Shown piece after piece: positions 18,341 to 27,521 of a stretch of DNA of 64,000 nucleotides; position 1 is the first letter of the stretch, and the number at the start of each line of letters is the position of its first letter. The notes under the pieces were generated by a model. It was not told the DNA's origin and did no database searches. It worked only from the letters and a program-made list of their open reading frames with translations. The position numbers were made by a program, and so were the translations under genes. The DNA is from an uncultured Pirellulaceae bacterium (GTDB taxonomy: Bacteria; Planctomycetota; Planctomycetia; Pirellulales; Pirellulaceae), in NCBI GenBank assembly GCA_964444105.1, contig CAYUGI010000002.1, positions 640 through 64,639 of the forward strand, in the 5' to 3' direction.

Positions 18341-19609
18341 TTGTCTTTAGTGAAAAGCCAACCTCTCTCACGAATCCCGTTTGTCTTGTCTGACCTGAAA
18401 ACCGAATCTTCGCACCACTTCGCTGAACCGACTTCGGAGGCAACCACTGCGTCCCTGTTGACCGGCGTGGGTCGTTCAGCGATCGCGGTGATTGCAGTGG
18501 CTGGTCCCGGCGCAGCCCGCGTGATTCACGAGTGCTTTGCACCCGCAACGCGACGTCAATTTGTTGCGGGGCAAATTCGCTACGGAGCCTGGCACGGCGT
18601 GAAGAGTTGTGAATCGGTTTCGCCCGGCGATTCACGTAAAAAAACGAAAGAAGATGCCGCTTCAGAGTCGATTGTCATGGTGCCCGTTAGCGACAGCGAG
18701 TTTGAAATTCACTGCCACGGTGGCATCGCTGCGACAGATCGGATTTTTCGTGATTTGCAGCAGCGCGGTGTGGCAATCGTTAGCTGGCGTAGCGGTAGCT
18801 GGAAACCGGATGAACCGCTTTTGATTCGGGAGGCACAAACCGTGCTTTCAGAGTGCCTTACAACGCGCACCGCTGGGATTGCGATGAACCAAGTTCGCGG
18901 AGCGTTATTACAGTGGTGCCAGCGAGCATCGACATCGCGAGCTTCGTTTGAAACGACACGAGAAGAAGCCCAGGAAATCCTAGACTTTGGCCACCTGGAA
19001 GTTGGTCTTCACGGCCGTTTTCGGGTGGTTTTGGCAGGCCGGCCTAACGTCGGAAAAAGCAGCTTGATCAACGCGATCGTGGGCTATGATCGCAGCATCA
19101 CGTTGGATCATCCCGGAACTACCCGAGACGTCTTACATGCGGATACGGTGATCGATGGGTGGCCGATTCAGCTAAGCGATACCGCTGGAATACGTGACGG
19201 CAAAGGCGATATTGAACGAGAGGGCATTCGACGAGCCAATCAGGCCGTCCGGGAGGCCGATCTAGTGATCTGGGTGACGACGCCAGATCAGCTAGCCCCT
19301 CCGGTACTGGAAAAACCAGGCCTGGAATCATCGCAAAAATCGATTCAGGTTCTCAATAAAGCGGACTTGGCAGCCGAAGACATTGGGCCAACCGATTCTT
19401 GCAAAACGGTTGCAACCACAGGACAGGGCGTGCCAGAACTGATGGCCCAAATCAGCAAAAAACTGGTGCCCAAGGTCCCCGCAGCGAAGGCTCCCTTGTC
19501 GATTAACGCTCGCCAACGTGGTTGCCTTGAAACTATCGTGGCAGCTACCGATCGACAGTCGCAGAACAGTGCGATTGCCAGGCTACTTTCGACCAGACTG
19601 CAAAAGTGA
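18341..19609 (+). CDS. MnmE/TrmE-like GTPase, atypical
   Basis: GRSAIAVI, FEIHCHGG, G1 GRPNVGKSS, G2 GTTRD, G3 DTAG, G4 NKAD. The C-terminal FCIGK motif is absent. Start position uncertain. Confidence 0.8.
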   Translation: MSLVKSQPLSRIPFVLSDLKTESSHHFAEPTSEATTASLLTGVGRSAIAVIAVAGPGAARVIHECFAPATRRQFVAGQIRYGAWHGVKSCESVSPGDSRKKTKEDAASESIVMVPVSDSEFEIHCHGGIAATDRIFRDLQQRGVAIVSWRSGSWKPDEPLLIREAQTVLSECLTTRTAGIAMNQVRGALLQWCQRASTSRASFETTREEAQEILDFGHLEVGLHGRFRVVLAGRPNVGKSSLINAIVGYDRSITLDHPGTTRDVLHADTVIDGWPIQLSDTAGIRDGKGDIEREGIRRANQAVREADLVIWVTTPDQLAPPVLEKPGLESSQKSIQVLNKADLAAEDIGPTDSCKTVATTGQGVPELMAQISKKLVPKVPAAKAPLSINARQRGCLETIVAATDRQSQNSAIARLLSTRLQK

Positions 19610-19614
19610 CTGCC

Positions 19615-20184
19615 TTAGCCGGCTGTGGGTGCCGGAAGAACCGAAGCTTGCTGCTCGATTCTTAGCTGCCCTCTGGTTTGAGGCTGATTCATTGACTCGA
19701 TGTAGTCGACGCCGGCAGCAGAAATTGACAGCTGCCCACTTTCCTCGCGAGTCACCCAGCCTTTCTCCTTGAAATACCACAAGTGAAATTGCAGTACTTC
19801 GGGTGAAAATGGGACCATTTCTTCGAGGCTTCCAATTCCGATCCCAGGCTTTTTGTAGTTCTTGCGGCGCTGAGCGTACAAGACCGACAACATGCGGTAG
19901 CGATCAAGGCAGTCGTCAGCAGCCGCCTCGGTACTGCTTTGAATATCTGTTCCGCCCTGCTTCTGTTCGTTCAGCATCCGGTCATAGTCAGAACGCTTCT
20001 GCGGGTCACGTAGGACTTCAAACGAAGCGACCAGTTGCTTGTAGGCAGCAACGTCGGCACCGGCTCCCAAATCGGGATGATTCTTCTTGGCCAACAACCG
20101 AAAAACTTGTTCGATTGTCGATGCACTTGCCGAAGGACTGACTTCAAGGACTTCGTAGTGGTTGACCATTTTTTCGTTTGACAC
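19615..20184 (-). CDS. J-domain protein with a probable C-terminal winged-helix domain
   Basis: NHYEVLEVS...KKNHPDL...FEVLRDPQKRSDYD, followed by FHLWYFKEKGWVTREESGQLSISAAGVDYIE. Confidence 0.85.
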   Translation of the reverse strand: MSNEKMVNHYEVLEVSPSASASTIEQVFRLLAKKNHPDLGAGADVAAYKQLVASFEVLRDPQKRSDYDRMLNEQKQGGTDIQSSTEAAADDCLDRYRMLSVLYAQRRKNYKKPGIGIGSLEEMVPFSPEVLQFHLWYFKEKGWVTREESGQLSISAAGVDYIESMNQPQTRGQLRIEQQASVLPAPTAG

Positions 20185-20339
20185 GATGCATATTCCGCGG
20201 ACTGAGAATCTAATTACCTACGGTTAACTAGGTTGCCCAGCGCGACCGTGCCGATGCAATCGCATCGACGCGGCTGCATAGCAGTTGCATCTGGCGCAAG
20301 CTACCGATTGTAGCGGTTGCGCCTCACAAAGCAGGAAAG

Positions 20340-22142
20340 CTATCCGCCCTGCTCGTTATCGCTTAGCACCGCCATGAACGCTTTTTGGCTGATCTCGACA
20401 TTGCCGATTGCCTTCATGCGTTTCTTGCCTTCTTTTTGTTTCTGAAGCAATTTACGTTTTCGCGTGATGTCACCACCGTAGCATTTCGCGGTCACGTTCT
20501 TACGCATGGCAGGAATCGTTTCCCTTGCAATCACACGGCTACCGATCGCAGCTTGCACGGCAACTTCAAACATGTGTCGCTCGATTTCCTTCTTCAACGT
20601 CTTGGCAACCGCCCGGCCGCGGCGATCTGCATCAGCCTTGTTGCACACGACACTCAGTGCGTCGACGCGACTGCCGTTGACCATGATGTCCAGTCGGCAA
20701 AGATCAGCTGCTTCGTAGCCGACGATTTCGTAGTCCAGCGTGCCATAGCCACGAGTGCAGCTCTTGATTTTGTCGTGCAAGTCATAGACGACTTCAGCCA
20801 GTGGGATGTCGTAGGTTAGCATCGCGCGACCCGCCGCCAAATACTCTTGGCTTTGTTGAATCCCACGTCGCTCTTGGCACAATTTCATGACCGCCCCGAT
20901 AAAGTCATCCGGCACAATCACATTGCAGCGAACAATCGGCTGGCGAAATTCCTCGATATCGCCCGGATCCGGAACATCCTGCGGTTTGTGAATCGTCAGC
21001 GTTTCCCCACGTTTGTTGATGATCTCATACGTGACGTTCGGCGCGGTCTGCACCAGATCCACATCGGACTCTTTTTCCAAACGCTGTTGGACAATCTCCA
21101 TATGCAACAGCCCTAAGAACCCGCAGCGAAATCCAAATCCTAGCGCATCGCTCGTCTCAGGTTCAAACTCAAAGCTAGGGTCGTTTACTGCCAGTCGTTC
21201 CAATGCATCACGCAGCTCACTGAAATCTTGGCCGTCGCTGGGGAACAGTCCGCAGTAGACCATTCGCTTTGGACGCGAATATCCGGGCAGCGGCTCAGCA
21301 GCTTTGTCGCCGGGAATGCTGATCGTGTCGCCAATGTGGACGTCACCCAGGCTCTTGATGTTGCAAATCAGGTAGCCGACTTGTCCCGCTTGCAGCTGAT
21401 CCGCCGCTAACCGCTGTGGAGCGAATCGGCCCAGTTCGACGACCTCGTGTGTGGTGCCGGCGCGTAGAAAAGTGATCTTCTGACCTTTCTTGACCGTTCC
21501 TTGCATGATGCGAACGTAGCTGATCGCGCCTCGATAATCGTCGTAGTTGGAATCAAACACCATCGCCTGCAGCGTTGCATTTGGATCGCCCACGGGAGGT
21601 GGAACGTGCTCGATGATCGCATCAACCAGCCCATCAACACCTTCACCTGTCTTTGCGCTCACACGCACACATTCGTCCGGATCGGTGCCCAACGAATTCA
21701 TCATTTCTTCGGCCACTTCGTCGGGCCGCGCGTGCTGCAGGTCGATCTTGTTGATGACCGGAATAATTTTCAGATCATGTTCCATCGCAGCATAAGCGTT
21801 GGCGACGGTCTGGGCTTCGACGCCTTGAAACGCATCAACCAATAAGAGCACGCCTTCGCAGCAAGCCAACGAACGAGAGACTTCGTACTGAAAGTCCACG
21901 TGACCTGGTGTGTCGATCAAATTCAGTTCGTACTTTTCGCCACCCCTCTGGAACTGCATCACAACGGCGCGTGCTTTGATCGTGATCCCTCGCTGGCGTT
22001 CCAGCTCCAGGTCGTCCAAAAGCTGATCTTTCATCTCGCGGTTGCTGACGGTGCCGGTATGCTCCAGCAGCCGATCGGCCAACGTGCTTTTGCCGTGGTC
22101 GATGTGAGCGATGATTGCGAAGTTACGAATTTGAACGGACAT
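20340..22142 (-). CDS. lepA: Translation elongation factor 4
   Basis: IRNFAIIAHIDHGKSTLADR, NLIDTPGHVDF, GFRCGFLGLLH, KCYGGDITRKRKLL, 600 aa. Confidence 0.98.
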   Translation of the reverse strand: MSVQIRNFAIIAHIDHGKSTLADRLLEHTGTVSNREMKDQLLDDLELERQRGITIKARAVVMQFQRGGEKYELNLIDTPGHVDFQYEVSRSLACCEGVLLLVDAFQGVEAQTVANAYAAMEHDLKIIPVINKIDLQHARPDEVAEEMMNSLGTDPDECVRVSAKTGEGVDGLVDAIIEHVPPPVGDPNATLQAMVFDSNYDDYRGAISYVRIMQGTVKKGQKITFLRAGTTHEVVELGRFAPQRLAADQLQAGQVGYLICNIKSLGDVHIGDTISIPGDKAAEPLPGYSRPKRMVYCGLFPSDGQDFSELRDALERLAVNDPSFEFEPETSDALGFGFRCGFLGLLHMEIVQQRLEKESDVDLVQTAPNVTYEIINKRGETLTIHKPQDVPDPGDIEEFRQPIVRCNVIVPDDFIGAVMKLCQERRGIQQSQEYLAAGRAMLTYDIPLAEVVYDLHDKIKSCTRGYGTLDYEIVGYEAADLCRLDIMVNGSRVDALSVVCNKADADRRGRAVAKTLKKEIERHMFEVAVQAAIGSRVIARETIPAMRKNVTAKCYGGDITRKRKLLQKQKEGKKRMKAIGNVEISQKAFMAVLSDNEQGG

Positions 22143-22150
22143 CGATTCTC

Positions 22151-23218
22151 TTAGGATTCCTGTGACGCCAGACGCGCCTTGAATTGTTCGTCGAGGTATT
22201 CTTTGCGAGCGTAGCCAGCGACGCCCAAATAGCCAGCGTCGGCACCCAAACTGGCAAAGGTAATCGTGGTGCCTTCAAACACGTTGGGAAAGGTTCGCTC
22301 GCGGAAGGTTTCAGAAATCTTCGTCCGGAAACGCTCACCAATCGGATCGCCCGGTCCACCAAAATTCATGGCTCCACCCAAGACAACCGATCCAGGGTCA
22401 AGCGTGTGGACCAGCGTCGTCACGCCGATTCCCAACCAATAACCGGTATCGTCGACAATTTCCAACGCCAATTCGTCGCCACCCGCCGCTGCTTCGTAAA
22501 CGCGTTTTGCAGTGAGCTCTTTGTCGCCGCCACCAAGATGTCCACGCAGAACACTTTGGGCTCCTTCGGTTAATCGCTGATGAGTCCGCTGTACCACACC
22601 GCTGGCCGATGCGTACGCCTCTAAGTGACCGCGACCGCCACCCCACACGCAAAGTTGAGCGGTGGGTGATGCGTCGACAAGGATGTGTCCGCATTCGCTG
22701 CCGCAACTATTGACGCCGTTGACCAATTCGCCGTCAACGATGATGCCGCCGCCGACCCCCGTCCCCAGAGTCAGCAAGATCATGGACGGTTCACCTTTGG
22801 CACTGCCAAGCCAGAACTCACCGTACGCAGCCGCATTGGCGTCATTTAAGAAAGAGACCTTTCGGCCCAGCAATTCACCGACCGTGTCACGGATCGGGAA
22901 GTCCCACCAAGTGGGTAGCTGTGGGGGAGCGACCAAATATCCACGCGGCAAATCCATCGGGCCGGGCGCCCCCAATCCGACTCGCTTGATGTCGTCGCCC
23001 ACGCCTAATTCAGCTTCGGCTTCGGTAATCACCTTGGCGATCTGCTCTGCCGCAGCGCGGGGGCCTTCGGATTCGCGTGTTGGAATGCGATGATAGGACA
23101 GTGTCTGGCCGATGTCATCAACCAAGCCAATTTTGATGCCGGTACCGCCAATGTCGATTCCCCAAAAGTACGGGGCTGTCGCGGCGGATGGTTTGGTTAA
23201 CTGGTCGGATTGCGACAT
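22151..23218 (-). CDS. ROK family sugar kinase (glucokinase-like)
   Basis: GIDIGGT, NDANAAAYGE, LTLGTGVGGG, GSECGH, LEAYASASG. Likely start MSQSDQ at 23218. Confidence 0.9.
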   Translation of the reverse strand: MSQSDQLTKPSAATAPYFWGIDIGGTGIKIGLVDDIGQTLSYHRIPTRESEGPRAAAEQIAKVITEAEAELGVGDDIKRVGLGAPGPMDLPRGYLVAPPQLPTWWDFPIRDTVGELLGRKVSFLNDANAAAYGEFWLGSAKGEPSMILLTLGTGVGGGIIVDGELVNGVNSCGSECGHILVDASPTAQLCVWGGGRGHLEAYASASGVVQRTHQRLTEGAQSVLRGHLGGGDKELTAKRVYEAAAGGDELALEIVDDTGYWLGIGVTTLVHTLDPGSVVLGGAMNFGGPGDPIGERFRTKISETFRERTFPNVFEGTTITFASLGADAGYLGVAGYARKEYLDEQFKARLASQES

Positions 23219-23334
23219 GAAGATGCAAAGGTAGAGAAGACGTCGGCTGCAAAAGGTGAATCGGAGTATAGGAGCGGCCATGAATTGCCACAACGAGCGT
23301 TTTCGACAAGCACACCGCGAAGGAGTCTAGATAG

Positions 23335-24615
23335 ATGAAGGTCGTTTATTTGACCGCTGGAGCGGCCGGTATGTATTGCGGAAGTTGCATGCATGACAAT
23401 CAGCTTGCGAAAGCGATGCGAGAGCAAGGCATCGATTGCGTGCTTCAGCCCGTCTATACACCGATTCGCACGGATGGAGAAAGCCTGGCTACGGAGAATG
23501 TGTTCTTTGGCGGAATCCATATCTACCTGCTTCAGCAAATGCCCTGGCTGCGGCATGTCCCCAAACCGCTGATGCGAATGCTGGACTGGCCACCGCTGAT
23601 ACGCTGGGTAACGAAACGAGCCAGCTCCACCGATGCCGCCAAACTGGGAGCCTTGTCCGTTTCCATGCTGAAAGGAACCAACGGCTATCAGGCAGACGAA
23701 GTTCGCCGACTGGTCCGATGGATGGCCGACGAGATGAAGCCCGACGCCATTGTGCTAAGCAACCTGCTGATCGGAGGCGCGCTTCCTGAGATTCGCGAAT
23801 CACTTCCAAACGCAAAGATCGCGGTCGTACTCCAAGGTGATGATATTTTCCTTGATCATCTCCCACAGCCTTATCACGACGAGGCGATCAAGTTGTGCAG
23901 CGGATTAATCAACTGTATCGATCACGTGATCGTCAACAGTCAATTCTACGGACAAAAAATGGGATCACTCTTATCGATTCCGACCGAGAAGATCGCCATT
24001 GTACCGTTGTCACTTGACCTTTCTCCTTACGCCCGAGCCAACCCCGATGACTCTGGCCCCTTTCGACTTGGCTTTCTGGCGAGGATCGCTCCCGAGAAAG
24101 GCGTGCATCATTTAGTCGATGCATTCATCGAGTTGGCAGCTCAAGAGCAACATGCCGATCTGCACCTTCATGTTGCCGGATGGCTAGGCGAATCAAACCG
24201 CAGCTACTTCGACGAACTCGTTGAGCGAATCGAGTCAGCTGGGCTCAGCGATCGTTTCCAATATCACGGAAGTCCCGACCTTGAAGGCAAAGTCAAGTTC
24301 CTGCAGTCGTTACACCTGCTCAGCGTGCCAACCGATTACGAAGAACCCAAAGGCCTGTTCGTCCTGGAGTCACTCGCCTCGGGAGTACCCGTTGTGCAGC
24401 CGAATCACGGCGCGTTCGGCGAATTAGTGCGTTCAACCAGAGGCGGCGTGACATTTGCACCAGGAGACAAAGATGAACTCTGCCAATCAATCCAGCGGTT
24501 GAAGTTGGATGAACCAACGCGATCAGAACTGGCTCAGTTGGGTTTTCACGAGGTCCACGCAAAGCATTCGATCGACATCGCCGCAGTCGAACTGAATCGA
24601 CTGCTCACTCAATAG
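23335..24615 (+). CDS. Glycosyltransferase family 4 (GT-B)
   Basis: GFLARIAPEKG, EPKGLFVLESLASGVPVV, N-terminal GAAGMYCGSC motif. Confidence 0.88.
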   Translation: MKVVYLTAGAAGMYCGSCMHDNQLAKAMREQGIDCVLQPVYTPIRTDGESLATENVFFGGIHIYLLQQMPWLRHVPKPLMRMLDWPPLIRWVTKRASSTDAAKLGALSVSMLKGTNGYQADEVRRLVRWMADEMKPDAIVLSNLLIGGALPEIRESLPNAKIAVVLQGDDIFLDHLPQPYHDEAIKLCSGLINCIDHVIVNSQFYGQKMGSLLSIPTEKIAIVPLSLDLSPYARANPDDSGPFRLGFLARIAPEKGVHHLVDAFIELAAQEQHADLHLHVAGWLGESNRSYFDELVERIESAGLSDRFQYHGSPDLEGKVKFLQSLHLLSVPTDYEEPKGLFVLESLASGVPVVQPNHGAFGELVRSTRGGVTFAPGDKDELCQSIQRLKLDEPTRSELAQLGFHEVHAKHSIDIAAVELNRLLTQ

Positions 24616-24631
24616 AGCTTCTCCAAGGCTT

Positions 24632-25096
24632 CTATCGGATGCGTCGTGCGCGGCCGTTGCTGTTGCCTTGACGAACACCTTCACGCGTCATTGTTAGTTC
24701 GCGATCGACTGATTGACCGGAGGTGAACGAAGCTGGAATGAAGCTGTTTTGATCCAGTGGAATCTCGGCTCGAACGGTGACTTCTTCCGTGTCTCGACGA
24801 ATCGTGCCCGGTGTGACTGTGACCGTGACGTTGTTCAAGCCCAGTGAATTCAAAATCAGCCTAGCTTCAGCTTCGGCTTCGGCCGCAGTGGCACCAGGAA
24901 TGATCGCAACTCGCGCGCCCTCGTAGACCGCATTGTCCGCCGTGTGGCGAATCATATTGACGCGACAGAATTCAAAAGCAGCGAAAAAGAACAAGAACAG
25001 AATCGGCGCGACAATCGCGAACTCGACCATCGCAGCACCCTTGCGAGCTTTGGCTACCTGTCGAATCGATCTGGTTTTTGGAAGACGGAATTTCAT
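24632..25096 (-). CDS. TadE-like pseudopilin
   Basis: RKGAAMVEFAIVAPILF prepilin-like site; NAVYEGARVAI. Confidence 0.9.
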   Translation of the reverse strand: MKFRLPKTRSIRQVAKARKGAAMVEFAIVAPILFLFFFAAFEFCRVNMIRHTADNAVYEGARVAIIPGATAAEAEAEARLILNSLGLNNVTVTVTPGTIRRDTEEVTVRAEIPLDQNSFIPASFTSGQSVDRELTMTREGVRQGNSNGRARRIR

Positions 25097-25157
25097 GATG
25101 GGAACGTTCGTTAATGTTTCAAATGGATCGGCAAACGTAGGGTGGCTACGTGGGCGA

Positions 25158-26216
25158 CTATTCTGTCATCACTGTGCTGAGGGTCAGGGCGATTTCGCGA
25201 TAGATATCACGAAGCTGGGCACCAGTCAAAGCGTGAAAATGCTCGCCGCCACCGATTTGAGCGACTTCTCGCATCCGCGGCTGATCGGCGTCTGCACCAA
25301 ACGTGATCGTGTGAATTTGGACGCCGTCTCCCGCCAAAGCGGTGGCAACGGTTCGCGGCTCGGGGCCGCGATTGTGTCTTCCGTCCGTCATCACGATGAA
25401 AGTTCGTTCGACAAATTCAGCCCCGCGACTCGTGTCCATCAACGTTTTTCCGGCGGACATGCCTCGAGAGATACTTGTGAATCCGCCAACGGGCAACGCA
25501 GCCATCGAAGAAGAAATCTGATTTAGATCGACGGTCAGTGGTACGTCGGCTGACGCTTGATCGTTGTACGATGCAAGTCCAACACGTTCTTCTACCGCAG
25601 TTTCGCCCAGCGTTGCTGTGAAGACATCGATAGCGGAAACAAGGTCATTGAATTTTTGTCCTCGCATCGACCCGCTTCGGTCGACAACTAAGACGATGTC
25701 TCGTTCGATATAAGTCGCGGCCGAGTCGATGGTGGGTTCAAAGAAATCGACGCCCATAATGTTGCCAAAGAAAAGTGGCACTGGGCCGGACGGCGATCCA
25801 AAGGTTCGACGTCCGTTGACGCGAACACTGTTCGTTGGGAAGCGAGCTGTATCAAAGACGAACCTTCCGGCTCCACTTGCTTGGGCGTTTCCGAATTCGA
25901 AGTCGCCAGCGTCCAAAAGCATCGGGTCCGAAGCGACGGTGTTCTGTGCGGCAATGGCTTGACCGCGAGCGATCGCAAGGTTGCGATCTTGCGTGAGTGA
26001 TAATTCGATCGCAGCCGCCTTAGAAGCCGCGTCGGTTGCGGTTCGAAGTTGCGTTCGGGTCAAGTGCATGTGGGCAACATCGACCGTGAACGCGACGGTG
26101 ACCATGAAGGCGATCAGCATAATAGCGATCAGCACCAACATCGCACCTTTGCGATTTCGACGGGACCGACTGCGATGTGCAAGACGGGCATTCTGTAGAT
26201 CAACGAGGAATTTCAT
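25158..26216 (-). CDS. TadG-like pilus protein with vWA domain
   Basis: RKGAMLVL, VDVAHMHL..TQLRTATDAA (Tad_N), MIDAS motif DRSGS, IVMTDG. Confidence 0.88.
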   Translation of the reverse strand: MKFLVDLQNARLAHRSRSRRNRKGAMLVLIAIMLIAFMVTVAFTVDVAHMHLTRTQLRTATDAASKAAAIELSLTQDRNLAIARGQAIAAQNTVASDPMLLDAGDFEFGNAQASGAGRFVFDTARFPTNSVRVNGRRTFGSPSGPVPLFFGNIMGVDFFEPTIDSAATYIERDIVLVVDRSGSMRGQKFNDLVSAIDVFTATLGETAVEERVGLASYNDQASADVPLTVDLNQISSSMAALPVGGFTSISRGMSAGKTLMDTSRGAEFVERTFIVMTDGRHNRGPEPRTVATALAGDGVQIHTITFGADADQPRMREVAQIGGGEHFHALTGAQLRDIYREIALTLSTVMTE

Positions 26217-26644
26217 TCTTTTACCATTACAACGCGGGCAGTGAGCAAACGATTGGTGATGAACTGGCCCGCCAGCGGACTGTTCGAATCTGTTGGAGCC
26301 GTGACTTCAATCACAACTTCCTCCCCCCGTGGGACCACCGACACATCTCCGTTTGGGAAATTGATGGCGAATCCCTGCACGTCTCGCGACGTGAGTATGT
26401 TGTCAGCGCGGTCTGTCGCATCAGCGTTCGTTGATCCGTTGCGCACCGCTTCACGGATGCCTTCGTAAGCGGCTACGTTCAGCGACTGCTTCAAGAAGAT
26501 GAAGCTCGAAGCTTCCATGGACCCGAACACTAGCAGTACGATGACTGGTAGACAGACAGCAAATTCCGCGGCAGCGACTCCGCGACGTCGCTTGGCATCC
26601 CGAGACGGGGAGCGACGAGAATGGTGAGTGATTTTTCGCATCAC
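26213..26644 (-). CDS. TadE-like pseudopilin
   Basis: RRGVAAAEFAVCLPVIVLLVFGSME, AAYEGIREA. Stop overlaps the TadG start. Confidence 0.9.
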   Translation of the reverse strand: MMRKITHHSRRSPSRDAKRRRGVAAAEFAVCLPVIVLLVFGSMEASSFIFLKQSLNVAAYEGIREAVRNGSTNADATDRADNILTSRDVQGFAINFPNGDVSVVPRGEEVVIEVTAPTDSNSPLAGQFITNRLLTARVVMVKE

Positions 26645-26703
26645 GATTACTTGTGGTTAGAACTCAAAGGGGACCCTGCAGCAGATTCAAGCGGCGACGC
26701 GAA

Positions 26704-27153
26704 TCAGGCGTCGTCTTTGCTTTCGCTTGACTTGCTTGGCGACACATCGCTACGCTCGACCAGCGAGTTGAAGTCCGACGCAATTTGCTGCCAGAAGTCA
26801 CTATTGCGGAAGTGAAGCGGCTTGACTTCGCGACCTGCTTTGGCGTCTGCCAATGCACCGCGGAGTCGCATGATCGGACCAGCGAATCGGTTGGTCAGCT
26901 TCAGCGTGTCCAGAACAAACGCCGGAATTAAAGCTGCAGTGATCACAAAGAACGGAAGAAAGCGACGCATGGTGTCGCCAAACGTCTGTCCCCAAGCGAC
27001 ATCAGGTTGCTCGAACAAGCGAATCCAAATCGTCAATGCGACTGCATTGCAGATGAAGAAGAGCACCCAGTGAGTGGCAACTTTCTTCAGGATGCTGCCC
27101 TGTACTTCAGGGTCGACCAGTGATTTCGTGCGTTTAATAGTGGTCAAGGACAT
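26704..27153 (-). CDS. Small membrane protein: 2 TM plus HAMP-like domain, no output domain
   Basis: Two hydrophobic helices, then NRFAGPIMRLRGAL...G....LHFRNSDFWQQIASDFNSL, resembling HAMP helix1-connector-helix2. Confidence 0.6.
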   Translation of the reverse strand: MSLTTIKRTKSLVDPEVQGSILKKVATHWVLFFICNAVALTIWIRLFEQPDVAWGQTFGDTMRRFLPFFVITAALIPAFVLDTLKLTNRFAGPIMRLRGALADAKAGREVKPLHFRNSDFWQQIASDFNSLVERSDVSPSKSSESKDDA

Positions 27154-27391
27154 GAGGTTGCCTGAGCGTTATCGATGGTTCGTTTTCGTTAGCAGAAATG
27201 TGAGTGCCGAGTCATAGACTCTCTCACTTTGAACCTACAACATTCTTGACGAATTGCCCGATGAGAGAAGGGAAAACGGTTAGCTAATTGCGTTGGAGTG
27301 CGCAAAACGTCGCGAATGTCGCGATTCAAACCAGATGGTGCGATCGTACAACCAGACGCGCGTTCAGATTAATCGCTACAGACGGTATTGC

Positions 27392-27415
27392 GTTTGGCGG
27401 CAGAACGCCACAAAC
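27392..27415. terminator. GC-rich hairpin downstream of the PfkB gene
   Basis: gtttggcg-gcagaa-cgccacaaac, an imperfect stem about 100 nt after the stop at 27522. No strong U-tract. Confidence 0.3.
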
Positions 27416-27521
27416 ACTTAATTTCACTCTGCCTCCGGGCAACGCCGTCGCGGATTTCAAGAGCGGTATTTACGAGGCCCCTGTCGGGAGCGCAAATTTG
27501 CCTTTGATATTCGCGTTATCG

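Noticed and set aside
20230-20335. Distinct ncRNA between lepA and the J-domain gene
   Set aside because: Only short palindromes (cgatgc/gcatcg, gcgcaa/ttgcgc); more simply a degenerate REP or terminator.
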